From positions 1 to 33,309 of the forward strand of contig JAYGCN010000093.1 of NCBI GenBank assembly GCA_046583315.1: 33,309 nt of DNA, given 5' to 3'. This DNA comes from Candidatus Hydrogenedentota bacterium (GTDB lineage: Bacteria; Hydrogenedentota; Hydrogenedentia; Hydrogenedentales; GCA-2746185). A program made the translations under genes and the position numbers. Below, in pieces: positions 1-7,621 of the stretch (position 1 is the stretch's first letter; each line of letters starts with the position of its first letter). The notes beneath the pieces are model-generated. The model was given only the letters and a program-made list of their open reading frames with translations, was not told where the DNA came from and did not search any database.

Positions 1-1
1 T

Positions 2-1006
2 CGCGCCCTTCACACTGATCTGTTGACCCAGAATCGCGCGCATGGTCAGTTCAAAAGGACACCACGCGCCGGGCAATCGCTGACCCGGACGTTTCTTCAA
101 CAACTTACGCAACACAGGATCGCCATTCAATACATCCCGAATCGCGTCTGGTTCGGCATAGAGATCGAATATTCGGCGTACCCGCTCAACAATCTGGGGA
201 AGGAATCCAGCCAATACGATATCGACATGTAACAACAACTGATTCACACGCGAACTGTCCTCCACACAAATCGTTCCCACCGTATCGTCGAACTGCACCA
301 CGCGCCGATACTGTCCGTCCGCTACGACCTCCACGCCCGGAATCGCACGTCCCGCCAGATATTGAAACTGTGTGTCGATGTCATAGGGCGGTCGATAGCC
401 CAGGTGAATGGAAAAGGTCTCGTCGGTCTTCATCTTTTTAGAGGCAGCCGTTTGCTTGCGCAACTCTCGCGGTGCGCGACTGTATGTGTCCTTGAATGCC
501 GCATTGAATCGTCGCAACGACTTGAATCCTGATGCAAACGCAACATCGGTCAGAGACAGACTTGTGTCCGACACCAATCGTTTCGCCAGTTGCACTCGAT
601 ACAGCTGCGCCACGGCCACTGGTGTTGCTCCCAAGTGTTCATTGAACAGCCGTCGTAGATGCCGATCCGTCACTCCCAATCGCGTCGCCAAATCCTCCAC
701 TGAAACGTCATCCTGCAACCCCTCCGCAATTAACCGCAGCGCCCGCGTCACCGTCGTCGCAGTGCCTTTCCACGCAGGGGTCCCGGGAGCCGTCTCAGGT
801 CGACATTTCAAGCACGGACGTAACCCCGCCGCCTCAGCCTCGGCCGGATGTCGATAGAAGTTCACGTTCTTGCGTAACGGTCGCCGTGCCGAACATACAG
901 GCCGACAATAGATCCCCGTGGTGCGCACGCCTACGAAAAATAGCCCGTCAAACCGGGCATCTCGGCTCTTCAACGCCTCGTAACATCTGTCATCGTCGAT
1001 TTCCAT
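2..1006 (-). CDS. alkA: Bifunctional Ada-like regulator / DNA-3-methyladenine glycosylase II (Ada Zn domain + AraC HTH + AlkA), 3' end beyond the window edge
   Basis: Not in the ORF track because no stop falls inside the window. Manual translation from ATG at 1006 gives MEIDDDRCYEALKSRDARFDGLFFVGVRTTGIYCRPVCSARRP...GLRPCLKCRPE (four Ada Zn-binding Cys), then an AraC HTH region, the AlkA N-terminal LGYRPPYD...AGRAIPGVEVV, and PFELTMRAILGQQISVKGA. Confidence 0.93.
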   Translation of the reverse strand, partial: MEIDDDRCYEALKSRDARFDGLFFVGVRTTGIYCRPVCSARRPLRKNVNFYRHPAEAEAAGLRPCLKCRPETAPGTPAWKGTATTVTRALRLIAEGLQDDVSVEDLATRLGVTDRHLRRLFNEHLGATPVAVAQLYRVQLAKRLVSDTSLSLTDVAFASGFKSLRRFNAAFKDTYSRAPRELRKQTAASKKMKTDETFSIHLGYRPPYDIDTQFQYLAGRAIPGVEVVADGQYRRVVQFDDTVGTICVEDSSRVNQLLLHVDIVLAGFLPQIVERVRRIFDLYAEPDAIRDVLNGDPVLRKLLKKRPGQRLPGAWCPFELTMRAILGQQISVKGA

Positions 1007-1012
1007 GGCCCA

Positions 1013-1053
1013 ATAATACACGAATCAAACATGGATACTAGCCATTTTCGGAC
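1013..1053 (-). promoter_or_regulatory. Putative promoter of the Ada/AlkA gene: TATTAT -10 six nt before the ATG (leaderless-type) and a candidate Ada-type operator at 1038-1053
   Basis: TATTAT on the minus strand at 1018-1013 with no Shine-Dalgarno before the ATG. CTAGCCATTTTCGGAC (+ strand 1038-1053) sits at about -35 and resembles, from memory, motifs upstream of ada/alkA genes. Confidence 0.4.
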
Positions 1054-1054
1054 C

Positions 1055-1100
1055 CTTACTTTTCTTTTTAGGAAAAAAGGAAAAGTAAGCAAAAGAAAAA
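1055..1100. repeat. REP-like palindrome, copy 1
   Basis: CTTACTTTTC (1055-1064) pairs with GAAAAGTAAG (1080-1089), followed by the tail CAAAAGAAAAA. Confidence 0.75.
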
Positions 1101-1169
1101 CCGATGCGATGCTCTGCGCCATTGGAAAATAGAGTAACCCCAATCCAGAAATACGCAGTATTTCTTGGG

Positions 1170-1209
1170 TTCTTTTGGTCTTACCTTTTCTTATCAAAGG
1201 AAAGGTAAG
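1170..1209. repeat. REP-like palindrome, copy 2, inverted relative to copy 1
   Basis: Tail TTCTTTTGG, then CTTACCTTT (1180-1188) pairing with AAAGGTAAG (1201-1209). Confidence 0.7.
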
Positions 1210-1214
1210 TGGTG

Positions 1215-1250
1215 TTTCATTATGTGATTCGATAGAATTACATAATGAAA
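1215..1250. promoter_or_regulatory. 36-bp near-perfect inverted repeat covering the dehydrogenase -10 element and start codon
   Basis: TTTCATTATGTGATTC-GATA-GAATTACATAATGAAA has 16-bp arms with one mismatch. It contains TAGAAT (1233-1238) and the ATG at 1245. Confidence 0.6.
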
Positions 1251-2297
1251 ATAGAAGATATCCCTATTGACGGCTACGAACGTGTTGCGCATGCCACCTG
1301 CGATGCGTCCGGACTCAACGCCGTCATTGCCGTGCACGATACGACCCTCGGTCCAGCACTTGGCGGCATTCGCGTTACTCCTTATGAATTCGACGATGCC
1401 TGCATTACTGATGCCACCCGTCTCGCGAAGGGTATGACCTACAAAGCAGCCATCGCCGAAACTGGTCAAGGCGGCGGCAAAGGCGTGATGAACATCGACC
1501 CCGCTGCGGCGACCAAAGACATGTATTACGCGATGGGCGACTTCATTGAAGCACTCGGCGGCACCTATCTCGCGGCTGAAGACATGAACATGACGGTGGC
1601 CAACTTACAACTCATCGCGGCGCGCACTGACTATGTCACCGGACTCGCCCTCGCGGATGGATACAGCGGCAACCCGTCGCCCATTACCGCGCACGGCTGC
1701 CACATCGGACTGCAAGCCACCGCGCTCGAACGTTTCGGCGCCGCATCCCTCAAGGGACGCTGCATCGCCATCCAGGGTATCGGTGCGGTCGGCTCCGTGC
1801 TCGCAAAACTCTGCCTCGAAGACGGAGCGACCGTTGCCATCTGCGACATCGATCAATCCCGCGTCGAAATCTTCGCCAAAGAAACCAGAGCCATTGCGCT
1901 CGAACACTCCGATGCCGCGCTCACTTACCCCTGCGACATCCTGTCTCCCTGCGCACGCGGCGGAGTCCTCAATCCCGACAGCATCCCGGAGTTACAATGC
2001 CAAGCCATCGGCGGTGCGGCCAATAATCAGTTGCTGAACGACTCCGACAGCGAGTTACTCTACAAACGTGGCATCCTCTACGCGCCCGACTATGTGATCA
2101 ACGCTGGGGGCATCATCAACATCGCGTGCGAATTTGATGAAGGCGGCTACTCAGCTGAAAACGCGCGAAAACGTTGCTACTCCATTCAGCGCGCGTTGCA
2201 GGAGGTGTTCCATATTGCCCAATCACAAAAAATCACCACCGCCCAAGCCGCCAACCAGCTCGCGGAATCAAGAATCAACACCGGACGAAGGGCGTAA
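1245..2297 (+). CDS. Glu/Leu/Phe/Val dehydrogenase family protein, leucine dehydrogenase-like
   Basis: IAVHDTTLGPALGGIR, LAKGMTYKAA, GGGKG, AED, IQGIGAVG (NAD binding), GAANNQL, YAPDYVINAGG. Confidence 0.95.
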   Translation: MKIEDIPIDGYERVAHATCDASGLNAVIAVHDTTLGPALGGIRVTPYEFDDACITDATRLAKGMTYKAAIAETGQGGGKGVMNIDPAAATKDMYYAMGDFIEALGGTYLAAEDMNMTVANLQLIAARTDYVTGLALADGYSGNPSPITAHGCHIGLQATALERFGAASLKGRCIAIQGIGAVGSVLAKLCLEDGATVAICDIDQSRVEIFAKETRAIALEHSDAALTYPCDILSPCARGGVLNPDSIPELQCQAIGGAANNQLLNDSDSELLYKRGILYAPDYVINAGGIINIACEFDEGGYSAENARKRCYSIQRALQEVFHIAQSQKITTAQAANQLAESRINTGRRA

Positions 2298-2414
2298 CCA
2301 CGCTTAGGTTTCTTTTTGGAGCGAATTATCCAGTCAAGTGTGGCAGTTTGCTTTATCCCCCTCGGAATGTTCATTCTAGAACCTTTGAGAGTGAACATTT
2401 TAAGGAGAGCAATC

Positions 2415-2885
2415 ATGAATGCGACGGATAGACGGACGTTTTTGGCGGCGGGTGGTTTGGGTGCTGCATTGTTGTTGAGTGGGGGGGAGAAGGCGTATGC
2501 GGAGAAGGTGGATGCGTATACTGGGGCTGAGGCGGCGAATGTGAAGGTGGTGAATGACTTCTGTGCGTCGTGGGCATCGCTGGACGCGGACAAGATTGGC
2601 GGATTCCTGGCGGAGAAGGCTACGTTTCGGATGATCGAGACGACGCCGCGCATGGAGGGGCGTGACACCATTGTAAACGGGATCAAGGGATTTATCGCGA
2701 CGGCGAAGAGTGCGGAGTTTGAAGTGCTTCGGACTCAGGCGATGGGCAGTATTGTGATTAATGAACGCATTGACCATTTTGATATGGGTGAAACGAAAAA
2801 CGCGTTTCATATTGTAGGGATTTTCTTTGTGAAGGACGGGATGATTCAGGAGTGGCAGGATTATACGATGCCGAAGAAGGACTGA
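2415..2885 (+). CDS. Tat-exported limonene-1,2-epoxide hydrolase / SnoaL-like (NTF2-fold) protein
   Basis: RBS AAGGAG before ATG 2415. Twin-arginine signal DRRTFL...AYA. LEH-like VINERIDHF and GMIQEWQDY. Confidence 0.8.
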   Translation: MNATDRRTFLAAGGLGAALLLSGGEKAYAEKVDAYTGAEAANVKVVNDFCASWASLDADKIGGFLAEKATFRMIETTPRMEGRDTIVNGIKGFIATAKSAEFEVLRTQAMGSIVINERIDHFDMGETKNAFHIVGIFFVKDGMIQEWQDYTMPKKD

Positions 2886-2928
2886 CTAACTGCTTAACGC
2901 AAAGAGTGGAAGGTACTAAGGACTTTAA

Positions 2929-2960
2929 CACAGAGGCACTGAGGTACAGAGACACAGAGA
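2929..2960 (+). repeat. Four imperfect tandem 8-bp repeats (CACAGAGR)
   Basis: CACAGAGG-CACTGAGG-TACAGAGA-CACAGAGA in the intergenic region, preceded by TTAA. Confidence 0.75.
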
Positions 2961-2991
2961 AGTTCATATAAATGGAGAGGTTTATCACGTC

Positions 2992-3918
2992 ATGCGTAGC
3001 ATATATCGGTTCTTCTTTTGGTTCTTTTCTTCTTTCCCAAGAAGAAAAGAATGGTTTTTAGCGGTCTCGGCCGTAATCTTTTTCACTTCTTCGGTAAACG
3101 CCGAAGAAGTGAAAAAGCCGAACTTTCATCATGTTCATTTGAATGTGGTGGATCCGGCGGCGACGATTTCTTATTACCGGAAGTTTCATGGGGCCACTCC
3201 TGTACGGTATGCGAATACGGTCGATGCGTTGTTTACGGAGCGGTCGTTTATTTTGATGAACAAGGTGGATATGCCTGCACCGAGTGCTCAGAAGACCGGG
3301 TTGTGGCATATCGGTTGGGGCGGACGGGATGTGCCGAGCGAGTATGAGTGGTTCAAGAAGAATGGCGCGGACATCAACACGCATTTGTATGCGCTGAACA
3401 ATATTCATGTGACCTATCTGAATGGGCCGGACAAGGAAATGATTGAGGTCAACACGATGGGGCACAACCGGTTTGGGCATGTGCATTTGTTGGCGGCGGA
3501 TGTGAACGTGACGACGGGTTGGTATGCGAAACATTTTGGACTGGCGCCGCGTAATCCGAATGTTCCGAAACCGGAGGACATGACGAAGGTGCGAGCGTGG
3601 TCGAGCGGATTTCGCTGCGATAACGTGTCGTTCGTGGTGTATGGACTACCCGATTACACGCCGAGGCCGCCGTGGTGGAAGGATGGACCGCTGACGGAGC
3701 AGGTATCGACCAAGGGCCGGGTGATTGACCATATCGCGTTTTCGTATCGGGATATAGAGCCGGAGTTTGAGAGGCTGAAGAAGGAAGGCGTGACGATTGT
3801 GGGGCAGATCCGGTTTGATGAGGAATTCAATCATTCGAGTTTTTTTGTGGAGGGGCCGGATAAGGTGTTGATTGAGGTGGTGGAGGCTAAGCGTGTGCCG
3901 GAGGGGATTTGGGAGTAA
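2992..3918 (+). CDS. Exported VOC (glyoxalase/extradiol dioxygenase fold) protein with repeated VOC modules
   Basis: FHHVHLN, LWHIGW, GPDKEMIEV, FGHVHL, IDHIAF, GPDKVLIEV. Signal peptide ends ...SSVNA. RBS GGAGAGG upstream. Confidence 0.85.
   Translation: MRSIYRFFFWFFSSFPRRKEWFLAVSAVIFFTSSVNAEEVKKPNFHHVHLNVVDPAATISYYRKFHGATPVRYANTVDALFTERSFILMNKVDMPAPSAQKTGLWHIGWGGRDVPSEYEWFKKNGADINTHLYALNNIHVTYLNGPDKEMIEVNTMGHNRFGHVHLLAADVNVTTGWYAKHFGLAPRNPNVPKPEDMTKVRAWSSGFRCDNVSFVVYGLPDYTPRPPWWKDGPLTEQVSTKGRVIDHIAFSYRDIEPEFERLKKEGVTIVGQIRFDEEFNHSSFFVEGPDKVLIEVVEAKRVPEGIWE
3013..3051. repeat. REP-like palindrome inside the VOC gene signal-peptide coding region
   Basis: Tail TTCTTTTGG, then a perfect 13-bp stem (3022-3034 with 3039-3051) and loop TCCC. 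Confidence 0.65.
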
Positions 3919-3983
3919 GGGCTTTGTCCACAGATGAATAGTTTTTGTGGAATGGTGTTTGGTCAAACGGAAAGAAAAATATT

Positions 3984-4655
3984 ATGAAATGGTCAAAGAG
4001 TGTGAGTTTATTATTGAGTGTGATCGTAACCACTGGCCCATTTGCTGACGATAAAAATTTTTCGTTGACGACGACGGATGGGCTGGTTGCGAATCGTGTG
4101 TTGGCCGTGGCTAAGACTTTTGATGGGCGCGATGGTGTTCATGTTCGTGAGGATCCGGATGCGAAGGGGGCTGGTGCGGACAGACTTGTGTTGCTTTCGG
4201 GTACGGATTTCACGGACGGGGTGATTGAGGTTGATATGGCGGGTGAGCCTGCCAAGGATGCGGGCAGGAATGCGCGGGGTTTCATCGGAATTGCGTTTCG
4301 GGTGTCGTCTGATGCTTCGAAATTTGAGTGTATTTATCTTCGCCCGACGAATGGTCGCGTAGACGATCCGGTGCGAAAGAGTCATGCGGTGCAGTATGAG
4401 TCGATACCGGATTTTCCGTGGCATAAGCTGTGTCGTGCAACGCCGGACAAGTATGAGAGTGACGCTGATATTGGTCTGGGCGAATGGACGAAGGTGAAGA
4501 TTGAAGTGAAGGGTACCAAGGCGAGCTTGTATATTAATGGTGCCGAGGAGGCGAGTCTTGTGGTGAATGATTTGAAATTGGGTGAGGCTTCGGGGGCGCT
4601 TTGGATTGGCCCGGGAACGGATGCGTATTTTTCGAATCTGACGATTCGGGATTAG
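3984..4655 (+). CDS. Exported beta-rich protein, probably concanavalin/LamG-like (DUF1080-like)
   Basis: N-terminal signal MKWSKSVSLLLSVIV. Motifs DFTDGVIEVD, GFIGIAFR, YLRPTNGR, EWTKVKIEVKG...LYING, AYFSNL. The in-frame ATG at 3984 is preferred over the GTG at 3945. Confidence 0.6.
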   Translation: MKWSKSVSLLLSVIVTTGPFADDKNFSLTTTDGLVANRVLAVAKTFDGRDGVHVREDPDAKGAGADRLVLLSGTDFTDGVIEVDMAGEPAKDAGRNARGFIGIAFRVSSDASKFECIYLRPTNGRVDDPVRKSHAVQYESIPDFPWHKLCRATPDKYESDADIGLGEWTKVKIEVKGTKASLYINGAEEASLVVNDLKLGEASGALWIGPGTDAYFSNLTIRD

Positions 4656-4679
4656 GTGGTTATCGCGGGGGAAAAAGTT

Positions 4680-5822
4680 CTACCGCAGTGCGCAGAAGTG
4701 GTCTCGGATATCTTCTATTAGTAGTTTGGGTTCTTCCATGGCGGCGAAGTGTCCGCCTTTTGGCATTTCGGTCCATTGGGTGATGTTGAAGGATTCTTCG
4801 GCCCAGGCGCGGGGCAGTCTTGTGAGTTCTTTTGGGAAGATGGCGCAGGCGGTGGGGGCTTCGACGTAGGAGTCGGGCGGTCCGAAGCGGTGGGCGCGTT
4901 GGGATTCGAGGTAGAGCCGGGTGGAGGACGTGATGGTGTTGGTGGTCCAGTAGATCATGATGTTGGTGAGCAACTGGTCTTTGGTGAAGCGGGTTTCGAT
5001 GTCACCGTTGCAATCGCTCCAGCTGCGGAATTTTTCGATGATCCACGCGGCGAGCCCTACGGGGGAGTCGCTGAGTCCGTAACCGAGGGTCTGCGGTTTG
5101 GTGCCTTGAATTTGCTGGTACGCGGACTCTTTTTTGACGAATTCTTTGGCGGCTTCGACGCGTTGTACTTCTTCTTCGGTGAGTTTAGGCGGATTTTCGT
5201 GATCTTTGGGTGGACGTGCGAGTGCCATGTTAAGGTGGATGCCGCAGACGCTTTTTGGTGCCAGATGCGCGGTCCATGCGGTGGCAGGCGCGCCCCAGTC
5301 GCCTCCCTGTGCACCGTAGCGGGCGTATCCGAGTTTCTCCATGAGTTTCACGTTTGTCGCGGCGACTTGTTCGATGTTGAAGCCTTTGGTGCGCGGTGCT
5401 TCGGAGTAGCCGTAACCGGGCATGGAGGGGCATACGACGTGGAAGGCGTCTTCGGCTTTGCCGCCGTGGTCTTCGGGATGCGTTAAGGGATGAATGATCT
5501 CCATGAATTCGTAGATGGAGCCGGGCCAGCCGTGCGTGATGATGAGGGGCAGCGCGTCGTCATGGGGGGAGCGTTGATGCAGAAAGTGAAGGCGCAGTCC
5601 GTTGACCGGCATGGTGTAATGGTCAAGACGGTTCAGTTCGGTTTCATGGATGCGCCAATCGTACACATCGCGCCAATACTCGACCAACTCCTGCATGTAG
5701 GCGAGATCGGTTCCGTAATCCCAGTCGACATCGGAGAGTTGATCGGGGAATCGAACGCGCGCGAGTCGTTCCTGGAGATCATCAAGCATTTCATCGGATA
5801 CGGATATTGTGTAGGGAGTCAT
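4680..5822 (-). CDS. Alpha/beta-fold epoxide hydrolase (microsomal EH type, with EHN N-terminal domain)
   Basis: DWRIHETELNR, PLIITHGWPGS, PSMPGYGYS, nucleophile motif QGGDWG, GGHFAAMEEP. Confidence 0.96.
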   Translation of the reverse strand: MTPYTISVSDEMLDDLQERLARVRFPDQLSDVDWDYGTDLAYMQELVEYWRDVYDWRIHETELNRLDHYTMPVNGLRLHFLHQRSPHDDALPLIITHGWPGSIYEFMEIIHPLTHPEDHGGKAEDAFHVVCPSMPGYGYSEAPRTKGFNIEQVAATNVKLMEKLGYARYGAQGGDWGAPATAWTAHLAPKSVCGIHLNMALARPPKDHENPPKLTEEEVQRVEAAKEFVKKESAYQQIQGTKPQTLGYGLSDSPVGLAAWIIEKFRSWSDCNGDIETRFTKDQLLTNIMIYWTTNTITSSTRLYLESQRAHRFGPPDSYVEAPTACAIFPKELTRLPRAWAEESFNITQWTEMPKGGHFAAMEEPKLLIEDIRDHFCALR

Positions 5823-6166
5823 GGCGTGACGAGCCTCCAGTTTTCGAGCGTTTCCCGTTTCTGCGGTGCGATTTCGAGTTGGGTGCCTTCTTCAACGGAT
5901 ACCATCGTGAGGTAGGTCTCTTCATGGGGAGGGGTATTGCGTTCTTCAACGACAAAGGCGACGCGGTAATTGCGATCCGAGTCATCGTCTGCAGCCAGCT
6001 CGATACCCCAGCTTTTGGCGGGACCGTGTGAGAAGTCAAGATCGGTAGCGGGTTGAGTGACCATTTGATCGAGATGGGCGAGCATGTTGCGCGCGGTATC
6101 GTCGTCGACCAACAAGCCGACTTTCGGGGAGACCAATATTTTGGTGATGGTGTATTGTTTGTTCAT
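5819..6166 (-). CDS. Hypothetical protein (115 aa)
   Basis: Fills the gap in the minus-strand run and overlaps the epoxide hydrolase start by 4 bp (ATGA). No motif recognised. Confidence 0.7.
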   Translation of the reverse strand: MNKQYTITKILVSPKVGLLVDDDTARNMLAHLDQMVTQPATDLDFSHGPAKSWGIELAADDDSDRNYRVAFVVEERNTPPHEETYLTMVSVEEGTQLEIAPQKRETLENWRLVTP

Positions 6167-6170
6167 GGGC

Positions 6171-6323
6171 CTATTTCGGTTTGAAATCCGGACAGCGTGT
6201 CGCGTTGGGACGTGCGGATTGGTCGCAGGTGGAGGGGTGATCGAGCTGACAGTTGTCGCAGAGAAACTCGGAGGAACTGAATAGAAGATACCACCACTGT
6301 TTGAATTTTTTGTAGATGCCCAT
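6171..6323 (-). CDS. Small Cys-rich protein (50 aa), putative metal binding
   Basis: MGIYKKFKQWWYLLFSSSEFLCDNCQLDHPSTCDQSARPNATRCPDFKPK. The ATG at 6323 lies 10 nt after the AraC stop with AGGA upstream, and the stop lies 4 nt before the next start. Confidence 0.65.
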   Translation of the reverse strand: MGIYKKFKQWWYLLFSSSEFLCDNCQLDHPSTCDQSARPNATRCPDFKPK

Positions 6324-6333
6324 AATATCGGTC

Positions 6334-7617
6334 CTATTTTGCGCGGGGTGACGCGAATTGTTTTCTGAATGCAGAAGGCGTGATGCCCTCGTGTTTACGG
6401 AATAGTTTGCTGAAATTGGCGCTGTCATTCAAGCCGACGCGTCTGGCGACTTCGGTGATGGTGAGTTTGGGCTGTCGAAGCAGGGTTTTGGCCTGGTTGA
6501 TTTTCATGCGGCCGAGATAATCGCTGTACGACAGGCCAAAATTACGTTGGAGGCGTTTGGTGATGGTGGTGGGGTTTTCGCCAAGGGTCGTAGCGACCTC
6601 GTTCAGCGTAATGCCTTGTTTGATGCGGGACAATATGAGGTCGTTGATCGGCTTAAAGTCATAATTGTTTTTTGTGGTCGTCGTTTTCGGGGCACGACTC
6701 TTTTTCGCAATGGGCGCGAGTACCTTCATTGACGCGTTCAGGAGATCCGAGTCGTTTTCCAGCGTGGCGATCGTCTTGTTTAACGAATCGAACTTTGTCC
6801 AACAGGATTCCTTGTTGGTTTCGCTGCGTTCGGCCCATTCCAGAACCGCGGCGACGACGGCGATGCAGCGCGCCCGTTTCACGGCGATTCGGGTACGGCG
6901 ACGGGATGCCGTATCGGTGATCTGACTCTTGAGGAGTAGTCGCGCCTCCTTGCTTCTTCCGCCGACGAGTGCGGCGACAATGGCACCGGCGTGGTACGGG
7001 GATTGAGCTGCAGGCGGGGATGGTCGAGCAGATTTCGAGCCGCTTTTCGTGAGTGTTGGTTTCAGTGGAGCCGGGGATTCGTGGAGTTTGATGGAGTCCG
7101 CAAGTGTTTCGCCTAGCCACTGCGCGACATCGGGCACGGTCGCGGCCGAGGACAGTGGAATATCGTCGAGTTCGAAAGGGAGCACGTCTATTTCATCCTC
7201 GGTGATCAGCTTCGCGAGTCCTCGTTTGGCATCGCCCTCAAGCGAGCCCGGGGCTTCCGATGGGCAGAAGGGACCAAACACCATGGTCAGTTCCGCGTCC
7301 GTTTCAGGATAGACGGACATGGCCACGCAGGAGAATCCCATGTGACATAAAAAAGGGACCGGTTTGTTACGTCGCTGCGCGGATGCGATGGCTTTGGATC
7401 GCGAATTCCGGCAGGCTTGTGGGCCCCAGGGGAGTTTGTTCACGTAGGCACAGGCCTGGGCGCAATCCCCGCAGGTTTCCAGGTGTTCGGTTTCGCTACG
7501 GGACTCGGTCTTAAATATGGAAAACGACGTATTGGCCACGGCGGCGGCACGATTCAGGATGCGTTGGGCAAACTCGGATTCCAGAAATTCGTCGTAGAGC
7601 ATGGCACGGCTCCGCAC
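6334..7617 (-). CDS. AraC-family transcriptional regulator with an N-terminal PocR-like sensor domain
   Basis: N-terminal Cys pattern C...C...FLCHMGF...FGPF as in PocR domains. C-terminal AraC HTH ITEVARRVGLNDSANFSKLFRKHEGITPSAFR. The start may be the ATG at 7602. Confidence 0.85.
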   Translation of the reverse strand: MRSRAMLYDEFLESEFAQRILNRAAAVANTSFSIFKTESRSETEHLETCGDCAQACAYVNKLPWGPQACRNSRSKAIASAQRRNKPVPFLCHMGFSCVAMSVYPETDAELTMVFGPFCPSEAPGSLEGDAKRGLAKLITEDEIDVLPFELDDIPLSSAATVPDVAQWLGETLADSIKLHESPAPLKPTLTKSGSKSARPSPPAAQSPYHAGAIVAALVGGRSKEARLLLKSQITDTASRRRTRIAVKRARCIAVVAAVLEWAERSETNKESCWTKFDSLNKTIATLENDSDLLNASMKVLAPIAKKSRAPKTTTTKNNYDFKPINDLILSRIKQGITLNEVATTLGENPTTITKRLQRNFGLSYSDYLGRMKINQAKTLLRQPKLTITEVARRVGLNDSANFSKLFRKHEGITPSAFRKQFASPRAK

Positions 7618-7621
7618 CGGG

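Noticed and set aside
23..857. Plus-strand ORFs 23..232 and 408..857
   Set aside because: Antisense shadows of the Ada/AlkA gene.
2481..2487. G7 run as a possible phase-variation tract
   Set aside because: Short, in frame, and within a generally G-rich segment.
2326..3952. DnaA-box-like words (TTATCCAGT, TTATCCCCC, TTGTCCACA) near the skew switch
   Set aside because: Few, mismatched and scattered, with no dnaA/dnaN context or clear unwinding element, so oriC is not called.
4749..5486. 245-aa plus-strand ORF and similar long overlapping ORFs (12677..13273, 16716..17258, 23120..23770, 28097..28645)
   Set aside because: Antisense to well-supported genes and with no recognisable motifs.
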